A stretch of 63,167 nt of DNA, taken from assembly GCA_036785375.1 (NCBI GenBank), contig JAWMAR010002559.1:62001-125167 (forward strand), written 5' to 3'. A model generated the notes under the pieces. It saw only the letters and a program-made list of their open reading frames with translations. It made no database searches and had not been told where the DNA came from. The translations under genes were made by a program, and so were the position numbers. Source of the DNA: Leucoraja ocellata (Eukaryota). Positions 47,275 through 59,900 of the stretch are shown one piece after another (the stretch's first letter is position 1; every line of letters begins with the position of its first letter).

Positions 47275-49932
47275 ATAAAGGCTTCAGTATTTGGAAGGCA
47301 GTTTTGCTTACAGCAGGGATAATACTGATGGCTGTGCTAGCTGGATTCATCATCTACAAGTATATACTGCGGTAAGTTTAAATAAATCCACATTTTTACT
47401 TCCAAATCCATCTCTTTGTCATCTGCTTATGACTGCTTCTGCCAGGCTAACTCCTGTTCACAGACACAAAGTGCTGGAGTAACTCAGCGGGTCAGGCAGC
47501 ATCTCTGGAGAACATGGACAGGTACAAAGTGCTGGAGTAACTCAGCGGGTCAGGCAGCATCTCTGGAGAACATGGACAGGTACAAAGTGCTGGAGTAACT
47601 CAGCGGGTCAGGCAGCATCTCTGGAGAACATGGACAGGTACAAAGTGCTGGAGTAACTCAGCGGGTCAGGCAGCATCTCTGGGGATTCAGGAATAGGTGA
47701 CATTTCGGGTCGGGACCTTCTTCAGACTGAAAGGTTGAGAAAGTTAGAACAAATCAGAGCCAGCGACAGATGGCCTTTAGACTGTTGAGCCGTTTTGGGC
47801 CCCATATCTGAGGGAGAATGTGCTGGCTCGGGAGAGGGTCCAAAGGATGTTTACGAGAATTATTAACATATGATGAGTGTTTGACACTTACTGGGCCTGT
47901 ACTAGCTGGAGTTCAGAAGGATGAGGGGAGACCTCATTGATATTTAATGAATAGTGAATGGCCTGGATAGATTGGATGTGGAGAGGATGTTTCCACTAGT
48001 GGGAGAGTGAGTTTAGGACCAGAGGCCACAGCCTTAGAATTAAAGGACTACCTTTAGGAAGCAGAGTAGGTGTTTCTTCAGTCAGAGGGTGGCGAATCTG
48101 TGTAATTCTTTGCCACAGAAGGCTGTGGAGGCCAAGCCAATCAATATGTTTAAGGCAGAGATAGATAGGTTATTGATCAGTACGGGTGTCAGGGGATATG
48201 GGGAAAAGGGCAGGAGAATGGGATTAGGAGGAAGAGTTAGATCAGCCATGATTGAATGGCAGAGTAGACTTGATGGGCCGAATGACTTCATTCTGCTCGT
48301 ATCATTAATAACCTCACGACTTTATGACCAACGTCTAATACAACTGCAACTTTATACTTGGACTTTGCTGATGTGCTGTAAACTTGGTGTGATCTTCTGT
48401 TGCTGCAGGAGGGAAGATGCTTCAGGAAACCAAGACACCAATGTGATCTACTGCCCACAATCTGCCACCAATCAGGTAGTGGAACTTTGTATTTAATCTC
48501 AACTACAGATGATACAAACGTGGGTACAAAAAGCTGGAGTAACTCAGTGGAACAGGCAGAATCTCTGGAGAGAAGGAACAGGCGATGTTTCGGTCGAGAC
48601 TCGAGGGGCCTGAGCTACAGGGAGAGGTTGAGGAGGCTGGGACTCTATTCCTTGGAGCGCAGGGGGATGAGGGGTGATCTTATAGAGGTGTATAAAATCA
48701 TGAGAGGAATAGATCGGTTAAATGCAGAGAGTCTCTTGCCCAGAGTAGGGGAATCGAGGACCAGAGGACATCGGTTCAAGGTGAAGGGGAAAAAATCTGA
48801 GGGGTAACTTTTTCACACAAAGGGTGGTGCGTGTATGGAACGAGCTGCTGGAGGAGGTAGTTGAGGCTGGGACTATCCCAACGTTTAAGAAACAGTTAGA
48901 AAGGTACATGGACCAAGCGCAGGCAGGTGGGACTAGTGTAGCTGGGACATGTTGGCCGGTGTGGGCAAGTTGGGCAGAAGGGCCTGTTTCCACAATGTAT
49001 GACTCTATATAGATGATGATGTAGAGAGAGATAAAGAACAATGAATGAAAGATAGATGTAAACAAAGTAACGATGATAAAGGAAACAGCCCACTGTTAGT
49101 GGTTTGTTGGGTGAAAACGAGAAGCTGGTGCGACTTGGGTGGGGGAGGGATGGAGAGAGGGGGAATACAGGGCTACCTCAAGGGAGGGAAATCAATGTTC
49201 ATATCACTGGGCTGTAAGCTGCCCAAACGGAATATGTGATGCTGGTCCTCCAATTTGTGTTTAGCCTCACTCTGTCAATGGAGGCGACCGAGGACAGAAA
49301 GGTCAGTGTGGGAAGGGGAATTAAAGTATTTAGCAACCGGGGGTATGAATATTGATTTATCTAACTATGTGAGAGTGTGTGAGTGTGAGAGTGGGTGTGA
49401 GAGAGAGAGAAAGTTGGAGAGAGGGGGAGACGGAGCGAGAGAGGGAGAGAGTGAGAGTGGGTGAAACTGCGAGTGTGAGAGACACAGTGCCTGAGTGTGA
49501 GCAAGTGAGAGAAAGAGGAGAGGGAGAAAGGGATAGAGAGAAAGTGTGAAACTGCAAGTGAGAGGAGAGGGAGAGAAAGTGAGAGAGGAGGAGAGAGAAG
49601 GAGAGTGTGTGAGAGGAGAACATCAACAACATGGCTGAACCTGGGTCTGTGGGAGTACAGGAGTTGTGAACCTTCTCACTGATGGTATTAAATGCCGGGC
49701 CACACTGCTCTGTACTAAACCCACAACTGCCCGTCTGCTTCCCTTTCCTTCCAGAGCGCGGGGAGTGGAGAGAACGGGCCGGCCCCAGTGGAGCGGAAAG
49801 AAGGAGGGGGAAGAGCAAGCTGTCGTGTACGCCAACATGCGGGAGGTGCTGAGCAGCGGAGCCACCGGGCACAGTGGCGAGGGGGTGGAATATGCGGAGC
49901 TCTGGTTCCAGTCCAAGAAGGGGAAGGGGTAG
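47275..49932 (+). pseudogene. Siglec-like copy B: TM exon 47275-47371, tail exons 48409-48475 and 49755-49932; no ectodomain exons found
   Basis: TM DKGFSIWKAVLLTAGIILMAVLAGFIIYKYILR, tail VIYCPQ, VVYANM, VEYAEL; intact splice sites; 14-nt deletion in the last exon relative to A. Confidence 0.8.
47466..47682. repeat. Perfect 58-bp tandem repeat (~3.7 copies) of a Penelope-type terminal sequence
   Basis: CAAAGTGCTGGAGTAACTCAGCGGGTCAGGCAGCATCTCTGGAGAACATGGACAGGTA at 47467, 47525, 47583, 47641. Confidence 0.92.
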
Positions 49933-50190
49933 GTGGGAGGATGGAGGGAGGGGTGGTGAGGAGGGAGAGGCGATGGGGAGAGAGCGCTGCACCAGCCTTA
50001 ACTACCTTGGGTTTCATAGATTAATTAACCCTCTGTAGATGAAATAGTGGGATAACATAGAACTAGTGTGTGAACGGATGACCGATGGTCGGTGCGGACA
50101 CGGTGGGCTGAAGGGCCTGTTTCCCCGCTGTATCTCTTTAAAAAAGCCTTTGTTCTTTAGAACCCAGACTGTTCCGCGGGTAAATATTGA

Positions 50191-52812
50191 TTTTTTTTTT
50201 ATTTTATTTTTTTTAAAGAATAGAATAAGAAAAAGAAGTTAGATAGTAAAGGATAGAAAGATGTGAAATATAGCGTGTGAAGAAAGAAAACGAGTAAATG
50301 AAGAAAGTTGAGAGAGAAAATAGAGAAAAGAAAAGAAAATGAAAAAGAAAAGGGGATCATTATTTATAATCTTGACCAACCCTCGTCCAGTCCTGAAACA
50401 GTTATTTTTTACAATTGTGTTGCACCATATGATTCCAAAAAAACAACGAATGGAGACCAACTCGTTATGAATTGGTCTGATTTATCCATTAGGAGAAATC
50501 GCATTTCCTCAAGATGAGCGGTGTCCAACATACTTGCAATCCACATTTTAAGCGTTGGTATTGATGTACCCTTCCAAAATTTAAGTATTAATTTTTTTGC
50601 TATTATTAAACCATAGTTAACTAATAGATTTTGAGATGTGTTCAATTTATTCCCATCTTCTATTACACCAAATATAATCATTTCAGTATTAGGTTCCATT
50701 CTTGTCTTGAATAATTTTGTAAATATTTCAAAAATATCATTCCAAAATCTATAAAGTTTTATGCAGGAAACTAAGGAGTGTGTTATAGTTGCCTTTTGGG
50801 CTAGACATTTATCACAAGTGGTGGATATATTTGGATAAAATTTGTTCAATCTTCTTTTTGAATAATATAATCTATGTACAATTTTAAATTGAATTAGATT
50901 ATGTCTTACATTAATTGAACATTTGTGAATATATATCAGGTATTTTTCCCATTTAAGCTTCGTAATTTTTATCATTAATTCCCGTTCCCACTCTTCTCTA
51001 AGTACCTCTGTCGATGGTAGATCTATATTTAGAATACTATTATATAAATAGGATATTAATTTTTGTGAGTCAGCTTCAATATTCATTGCTTCTTCCAATA
51101 AGTCAGGAGTTACTTTTTGATATCCTTGTATATATTTTTTCACAAAGTCGCAAATCTGAAGATATTTAAAATATTGGTTGTTTTTCAATTTAAATTTTAA
51201 TTGTAGTTGTTGGAATGATAGTAGGTTTCCCATTTCGTACATATTCCTGATCCTTCTAATTCCGAGACTTTCCCATTGGTTATATGTCTTATCAATAAGA
51301 GATGGTTTAAATAAAGGGTTGTTCGCTATTGGCATTAACAGTGATAGATTTCTTAATTTTAAAGATAATTTTATTTGTTTCCAAATTCTTATTGTACCAT
51401 ATATAATTGGGTTCTTCTTATATATTGTGTTATTCAGTTTTTTGGGGGAAAAGAGGATCGTTCCTATATTACAAGGATGGCAATCCTCCTTCTCCATTTT
51501 TATCCATTCTGTCTGTTGGGTAGAACTATCCAACCAATAAATCATATTCTTAATATGCACTGCCCAGTAATAATACATAAAATTCGGAAGTGAATTTCGG
51601 AAGTGAAAGTCCCCCGACCTCTTTTGGTTTACATAAGTGTTTTTTTGTGATTCTATGTGATCTATAGTCCCAAATATAATTTGTAATGTTAGAGACTAAT
51701 TTTTAAAAAAAATATTTTGGTATATATACTGGTATAGACTGAAATACGTATAGTAATTGTGGTAGGAAGATCATTTTTTATTGCATTTATTCTACCTAAT
51801 AATGATAAGGGAAGTGTTTTACAAAATTTAATCAGCGTATTAAGTTTATTTAATAAAGGTATGAAATTAGCGTTGAATAATGCTTTATATTTTCTAGTAA
51901 TCTGAATACCCAAATATTTAAATTTTTCTGTTGCGATTTTAAAGGGGAACTTCAATAAGTGTGTAGGTTCTTGAGGTTTTAATGTCATGATTTCACTTTT
52001 GTTCCAGTTTATTCTATATCCAGAAAAAGACCCAAATTCCTCTATTAAGTTTAATAAATTTGGTATGCTTGTTTGTGACTTTGTAATGTATAAAAGTATA
52101 TCGTCTGCATATAATGAGATTTTATTCTTTGAGTCCCTGGTATTATAGCCCTGAATATTCGGATGAATTCTTATACTTTCAGCCAGGGGTTCTATCATAA
52201 GGGCAAATAGCAGGGGTGATAGTGCACATCGCTGCCTATTACCCCTTGATAGTTGAAATTTTTGAGATAACATGTTATTAGTTAAAATTCTTGCCATCGG
52301 TTTATCATATAATAATTTTACCCATGTTATAAAATTCCCATATTAAATTTTTGTAGTACTTTATATAAGTATTGCCACTCTACCTGATCAAATGCTTTCT
52401 CTGCATCCAAAGAAATAATTGATATATCTTCTTCCTCTACTTTATGCGAGTACATTTTATTAAACAGGCGTCTCAGATTATTAAATGAGTATCTTTTAGG
52501 TATAAACACCGTTTGATCAGGGTTTATCAATTTACTAATATATTTGCTTAATCTTCTTGCAAAAATCTTTGCTAAAATTTTCTGATCTGTATTTAAAAGT
52601 GATATAGCTCTGTACGAGCCCGGATCTTCTAAATCTTTATCTTTTTTTTGGAATAAGCGTAATAGTTGATTCTGTTAGTAGTTTGTTTTCTTTAAAAGCA
52701 TGGGAGTATAAATTAAATAAATAAGTGGTCGTTATCTCCCGAATTTATTTATAAAATTCATTATTAAAACCATCTGGTCCCGGTGTCTTACCATTTTTCA
52801 GCGATTTTATTG
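50191..52812 (-). mobile_element. AT-rich L1-clade LINE, 5'-truncated ORF2, specific to arm B
   Basis: ISLDAEKAFD, LSPLLFAL.IEPLA, ISLYADD, C-terminal CDKC..H..C; poly(A) tail; ~13-bp TSD GGGTAAATATTGA (50178-50190) / GGGTAACTATTAA (52813-52825); empty site in arm A at ~2683-2695. Confidence 0.92.
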
Positions 52813-53069
52813 GGGTAACTATTAACATTGACAATAATTGCTTCTATCAAATGATAGTCTGTTAAACAGTCTTTACCTGCAGTTACAAAATCCGCTCGTA
52901 GCTATTAAATATATATTTTGAGAATCCTGTGGGAATTTTGCTAATGCTATTCTGAAGCTCTTGCTCTTGTAGCACCATGTTCTATAACAAGTTTCATAGC
53001 AAGCAGCTTTCTATGTGGCATTGTTGAGTAATAATAATAATGAAATGCAGACGCTGGAAATCTGACAAA

Positions 53070-53765
53070 GGGCGGCACGGTGGCGCAGCGGTAGAGTTGC
53101 TGCCTCACAGCGCCAGAGACCCGGGTTCGATCCTGACTACAGGTGCTGTCTGTGCGGAGTTTGTACGTTCTCCCCGTGACCTGTGTGGGTTTTCTCCGGG
53201 ATCTTCGGTTTCCTCCCACACCCCACAGATGGGCTGGTTTGTAGGTTAATTGGCTTGCTGTAAATGTACATTGTCCCTGCTTACCCAGCACACCACCTCC
53301 ATGTCCCACAGATCGGCAGACTTGGGGTTACTGAACATCCTGCGGTGTAGGCATAAGCTCAGGGGCGACCGTGCCTTTGCGGTTGCAGCTCCGTGACTGT
53401 GGAACAGCATCCCTCTTCCCATCAGAACTGCCCCCTCCATCGACTCTTTTGAGTCGAGAGTTAAAACTCATCTTTACTCTCAAGCCTTTCTTGTCATCCC
53501 CTGAGGGAGGGCTATATGTATGAATTTATGTATGTACTTAATCTATGACCCACTGTTGTATAACGTTAGTACCTCCACCAATGTAAAGCACTTTGGTCAA
53601 CGAGAGTTGTTTTTTAAATGTGCTATAGAAATAAAAGTGACTTGACTTGACTTGACTTGACTTGACTGGGTGTGTGTAGTGTGCGGGGATCGCTGGTCGG
53701 CGCTGACTTGATGGGCCGAAGGTCCTGTTTCCGCGCTGTGTCTCTAAACTACACTAAACTAAAAC
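53070..53765 (+). mobile_element. HE1-like SINE with nested L2 3' end (paralog of 1755-2432)
   Basis: Reverse complement of the arm-A composite. Confidence 0.8.
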
Positions 53766-54859
53766 TAATCCGTCATGGTCATCTAATAGTGGAGCAGGTG
53801 CAAGATTAATCCTGATACTATTTTTATATCATTACATGTTTTCTGCAGAGGATTTGGATTTGTTGCATTTGTAAACAAAGGGATTAAAATGCTGAACCAT
53901 TACAGTCACATGTCTCAGAATTATTATGTTTTACACATCTCTTTTATTTGATTTTTGTTTCCAAATTTGAGGAAGGACATTCTTGGTATTGAGTAGGTAG
54001 CATAGGTTCACCAGGTTAATTCCCGTGATGGTGGGACTGACATATGTTGAAAGAATGGATCGACTGGGCTTGTATTCACTGGAATTTAGAAGGATGAGAG
54101 GGCACTTATAGAAACATATACATCCTTAAGGGATTGGACAGGGATGCAGGGAAAATGTTCCCGATATTGGGGGGAGTCCAGAACCAGGGGTCACAGTTTA
54201 AGAATATGGGGTCGGCCATTTAGGACTGAGATGAGCAAAATCGTTTTCACCCAGAGAATTGTGAATCTGGGAATTCTCTGCCACAGAAGGCAGTGGAGGC
54301 CAATTCACCTGATGTTTTCAAGAGTTAGATTTAGCTCTTTGGGCTAACGGAATGAAGGGATATGGGGAGAAAGCAGGAACGGGGCACTGATTTTGGTTGG
54401 TCAGCCATGATCATATTGAGTGGCGGTGCTGGCACGAATGGCCGAATGACCTACTCCTGCACGTATGTTCTGTGTCCTCGCTGTGTCTCTAAACTAAACT
54501 AAAGCCTTCCGATTACATTCCCGTCTGAATATCTTGTTAAAGTCACGATTGTGTCCTTTCGAAAGATTCAATTTTTAAAATTTCAAAATATACTTTATTT
54601 GGGAAATAAATATATCCGATAGTTGATCCTTACAAGACTCCATCCAACATTCTTGGAGGCCATATATACTTTCAATAATGTTTACACAAATTACACAAAT
54701 TTATCCCCCACCCTTGCCACTCATGTGGCCCACTGGCATGGAATCCCTTCCCTTATTTTTGAGGGGCGTCTCCACCACACACTGCCCCCCATGTCCAGCA
54801 GCGGAAGGAACCAAGACTGTAGTCCTCCCTCACTAAGAAATGTTTTTATATCAAAAAAT

Positions 54860-56960
54860 GTAATCAATTATTAAAAATAATATTTACAATACAATGAAAC
54901 AACCCAGATCCCACCCCCATAATACAAGACCAACAAATATACTTAATAAACAACTATACAACTATGTTACAATCCTTGTCAAGGATGCATTCCACCCCCC
55001 GCGGTGCCCAACGGTGCGGCAAATCCCCCCAGGTTGCCCGTGGACAGTGTGTAGCAAAGATCCTACAGCGAGCAAGATCGTCCACTCGACCAAAAAGACA
55101 TAGTACGGTCATGGGCAGATTCATGGGTAATTTAAGGCCCCATTCCCGTAACCGGCTTCCGTCTCCGCACCACAGATCCCATGGGATAATAGTGCGGAGA
55201 CGGAAGCCGGTTACGGAAACATCCTCGTAAAAATAAAAGTTAGTTGGTAAAAATCTTCTTATTTTCAGAATTTTAATTTATTAACACAAACTGATCCCCC
55301 GCAGCGTTCATTACACTGCGAGTCGGGTCGGGTCCGGTTACGGAAATGGATGAAAAAAAGGCCCACGTTCCGTTCCGTTGCCTACTACACGTCAGCCCAT
55401 TGTATTTAGCAGGAGTGGTCTATCTTGCTCCGCTATAGGATCTTTGGTGCGTAATCCCTCTCTAACACCACCCGGGCACGGACGTAACCCTGGAAAAGGG
55501 GCAGGCAGCTGGCTCGGGCAGAGCCCTCTTCTGCCTGACCCAGTGACTCGAGGATGGCCAGCTTGGCCAGGCCCAGGAGCAACCCAACCAGGACATCTTC
55601 AGCCCTACCCTCTCCCCCATGCACAGGGTGTCCAAAGATGAGGATGGTGGGTGAGAAATGCAGCCAGAAGGCAAGTAGCAGCAGCTTTAGATATTGGAAC
55701 AGGGGATGCAGCCTCACACACACACACGTGGCTCACAGATTCTTCCAGCCCACAAAAGTGGCAGGCGGCTGGTGAGTCTGTGAACCGCGAGAGAAACAGG
55801 TTGCAGGGGACTCCGGTGCAATACCCTGCACCCCAGGTCCCCGATGTAGAGGGGGAGAATCCCTGCGTAGAAGGATCCCCCCAACCGAGCCTTGGTGTTG
55901 GCTACACCAAGCTTCAGTGCGTCCCTTCAGCGTGTACTCCTGCAGTCTGCAGCGGGCCAGTCGGCAACATTCTCCGACAGACATCCCGCTCCGCTGGGTG
56001 GTCAACAAAGCTCGTGCAGACCAAAGGGCGTCTTTCACCGAGTTGATGACCTTCCAGCAGCACTCGATGTCAGTCTCTGAATGTGTCCCTGGGAACAGTC
56101 CGTAAATCACAGAGCCCTCTGTGACGGAGCTGTTCAGAATAAATCGTGACAGGGACCCTTGCAAACCTCTCCAGACTGTCTTTGCAAATCCACACTCTGC
56201 AACGAGGTGGGCCACCGTCTCCTCTCCATAGCAGCCGTCCCAAGGGCAGTGTGCGCTGGTAGTGAGGTTCCGACAGTGCAGGAAGGATCTGACTGGGAGG
56301 GCTCCCCTCACCGCCAGCCAAGCCAGGTCTTGGTGCTTGTTGGTGAGTTGTGGCGATGAGGCATTTTGCCAGGCAAGCTGGGCAGTCTGCTCTGGGAACC
56401 ACGCCACAAGATCCATGGAGTCATTTCACTGTAGAGCATGCAGGTCGTTCCGTGCTGACCACTGCCCGATGGACTTGTGGTCAATGGTGTTGGTCTGGTA
56501 GAACCTTTCCACAAACGACAGATGTTGCACAATGTCCAGCTGACTGGCATATTTCATGGCATCTGCGCCAGGCCCATCCTTCGCAACACCGGGGACAGGT
56601 AGAACCTCCGCAGGTAGTGACACTTGGTGCCCACGTGCCTTTGCTCTACGCTCCGCCTGATGCAGCCACACACGAAGGTGGCCATCAGGGTGAGGGTGAC
56701 GTTGGGCACGCATTTATCCCCTTTGTCTGCCAACTTGTGTATTGTGGCCCGTCGCACCCGGTCAATCCTCGACCCCCGGATGATGAACTGGAAGACGGCC
56801 CGGGTGCTCCCTGTGGCATAGGAGGGAGGGACAGGCCACACGTGCACCAAGTACAGCAGCCCCGAGAGCACCTCGCACCTGATGACCAAGTTCTTTCCCG
56901 TTATAGAGAGTGAGCGTTGTTTCCACAGCTCCAGTTTCTTCCCAACCTTGGCTATCACTC
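54860..56960 (-). mobile_element. Tx1/L1-type LINE fragments
   Basis: WKQRSLSITGKNLVIRCEVL, LTNKHQDLAWLAVRGALPVRSFL..CPWDGC..ETVAHL..C; 3' end RWAPRGVECILDKDCNIVV*. Confidence 0.8.
55055..55446. mobile_element. Non-autonomous hAT MITE inserted in Tx1
   Basis: TIRs CAAAGATCCTA(C/T)AGCG..AGCAAGAT; 8-bp TSD GTGTGTAG/GTGCGTAA; internal perfect inverted repeat CCGTAACCGGCTTCCGTCTCCGCAC. Confidence 0.8.
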
Positions 56961-56964
56961 CAGT

Positions 56965-59900
56965 GTAAATAAAATACACAGAGAGTTGTGGACGTAGCCC
57001 TGTCCCTGTCACACAAACCAACCTCGCCCCTCGCCTATCGCCCCATATCTCAGGAAGGAGGTGCTGGTTCTTGTGAGGGTCCAGAGTAGGTTTACAAGAA
57101 TGATTCCAGGATTTAGTGGGTTAGCGTCTGATGAGCGATTGACGGCACTGGGCCTGTACTCGCTGGCGTTTAGAAGGTTGAGGGGGGAACCTCATTTAAA
57201 TGTACAGAATAGTGAAAGGCCTGCATAGGGTGGATGTGGGAAGGATGTTTCCATTGGTGGGAGAGTCTAGGACTTAGAGATAGCCTCAGAATTAAAGGGC
57301 ACTCTTTTAGAAAGGAGGATTAATTTCTTTAGTCAGTTGTGGTGAAAATTGAATTATTTGCCACAGAGGGCAAGTCAATGGATATTTTTAAGGCAGAGAT
57401 AGACAAATTCTTGATTAGAACGGATGTCAAGGGTTATGGGGAGAAGGCAGGAAAATGGGATTGGGAGACTGAGATCAGGCATGATTGAATGGGGGAATAG
57501 GCTCGATGGGCCGAATGGCCTAATTCTACTCCGATAACTTGTGAACTTGCAACTCCATCTATACATCACGCTGCCTCGGGAAAACTACCAACATAATCAA
57601 GGGCTGTTCACACCGTAGCCATTCCCTCTTCTCCCCTCTCCCATCGGGAGGCACGGTGGCACAGCAGTAGAGCTGCTGCCTTACAGCGAATGCTGCACTG
57701 AAGACCCAGGTTCGATCCCTTCTCATCCGTCAACATATAAAATTATAAAAGGGCTGGACAAGCTAGATGCAGGAAAAATGTTCCCAATGTTGGGTGAGTC
57801 CAGAACCAGGGGCCACAGTCTTAGAATAAAGGGGAAGCCATTTAAGACTGAGGTGAGAAAAAACATTTTCACCCAGAGAGTTGTGAATTTGTGTAATTCC
57901 CTGCCACAGAGGGATGTGGAGGCCAAGTCACTGGATGGATTTAAGAGAGAGTTAGATAGAGCTCTCGGGGCAAATGGTATCAAGGGATATGGGGAGAAGG
58001 CAGGCACGGGTTAGTGATTGGGGACGATCACCCATAATCACAATGAATGGCGGTGCTGGCTCGAAGGGCCGAATGGCCTCCTCCTGCACCTAATTTCTAT
58101 GTTTCTATGATCCGACTACGGAGCTTGGACGTTCTCCCCGTGACCTGCATGGGTTTTCTCCGAGATCTTCGGTTTCCACCCACACTCCAAAGACGTACAG
58201 GTATGTAGGTAAATTGACTTGGTGTAAATGTTTTTAAAAATTGTCCCTAGTGTGTGTAGGATAGTGTTAGTGTGCGGGGATCGCTGGTCGGCGCTGATCC
58301 GGTGGGCCGAAGGGCCTGCTTCCGCACTGTATCTCTAAACGAAACTAAATAGAAAAGCTTGAAAGAGCGTACCCCCAGATTCAGGAAAGGATTCATCCCC
58401 TTAGTTATCAGATTACTGGAGTGCAGGAGGATGAGGGGGTGGGGGAATAATGAGAAGAATAGATTGGGTAGACACGCTGAATCTCTTGGCCAGCGTAGGG
58501 GCACCAGAGGACATAGGTGAAAAGATTTAATAGTAGTCTGAGGGGTAACTCTTTCACACAAAGGGTGGTGGGTGTACGCAACGAGCTGCCGGAGGAGGTA
58601 CTTGAGGCAGGGACTGTCCCTACGTTTAAGAAACAGTTAGACAGGAACATGAATAGGACACATTTGGAGGGATATGGACCAAACGCAGGCAGGTGGGACT
58701 AGTGCAGATGGTACATGTTGGCCGGTGTGGGCAAGTTGGGCCAAAGGGCCTGTTTCCACACCGTATCAGTCTATGTTCCTTTCATAAGTTAGAAATGAAT
58801 TTCCCAACCTTCCAATCTACCTCATTGTAGTCCCTTTTGTATTAGTCACACAGCGTGGAAACAGGCCCTTCGGCCCAACTAGCCCACACCGACCAACATG
58901 TCCCAGTTACACCAGTCCCACCTGCCTGTGTTTGGCCCAAAAGCCCCCCAAACCTGTCCTATCCATGTACCTGCCCAATGTCTTTTAAATGTTATAGTTG
59001 CTGCCTCAATCACCTCCACCTGCAGCTTGTTCCATACACCCACCACCCTCTGAATGAAAACCTTTCCCAAAAGTTCCTATTAAATCTTTCCCCCCTCACA
59101 TTATACCTATGTCCTCACGTTCTTCATTCCCCAAATTTCGAGTTGCGACCCTTCTGTAACAGCACCTATTCTTCCAGAGATGCTGCCTGTCCCGCTGAGT
59201 TACTCCAACACTCTGTCTCCAATGTCTGTGTCGGGGCCTGGGTTGGTCTCTGTGACGGGACAACTGCAGATGCTGGAAAAATCGAAGATAAACAAAAATG
59301 CTGGAGAAACTCAGCAGGTGAGGCAGCATCTATGGAACGAAAGAATATGTGACGTCGCCTACTCCTCTGTTCCACAGACGCTGCCTCACCCGCTGAGTTT
59401 CTCCAGCATTTATGTTTACCTTCGATTTTTCCAGCATCTGCAGTTGTTTCTGAAACATCAGACAGCGGTTGATCAGGTCCAGGAACGTGGAACAGAGCCG
59501 GCGGTCACCGTTCATACAAGCGCAGCCCCTGTGAGCCAACGTGGCGAGGAGGAGAAACACAACAGCCAGATTATTCTGGGACATCTTGACCTCGGCGATG
59601 GATGAAAAACCTTCTCGCCTTGTGGGCGGCATCGTCCGGGAACCTCCCCGACGCTCAACAAATGTCTCCAGGATGTCCCGACACAGAGACCAACCCAGAC
59701 CCCGACACAGGCATTGGACACACAGAGAGCTGGAGTAACTCAGCGGGACAGGCAGCATCTCTGGAGCACACGGATAGGGAGAGGGATGAGGGAGGGAGAG
59801 AGGAGGATGGGAGAGGGGGAAGGAAGGGAGTGAGAGAGGGGGAGGGAAGGGAGGGGGAGGAAGGAAGGAATGAAGGAGGGAGGGACCGAGGAAAGGAGGG

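Larger units (their letters stand above)
44449..55102. repeat. Right arm (B) of the inverted segmental duplication
   Basis: See arm A; carries B-specific L1 and other indels. Confidence 0.9.

Noticed and set aside
47466-47682. Possible CRISPR-like array
   Set aside because: Head-to-tail identical units with no unique spacers; eukaryotic context, no cas genes
53070-53145. tRNA-like sequences with A/B boxes (many copies)
   Set aside because: Heads of HE1-type SINEs continuing into SINE body and tail, not tRNA genes
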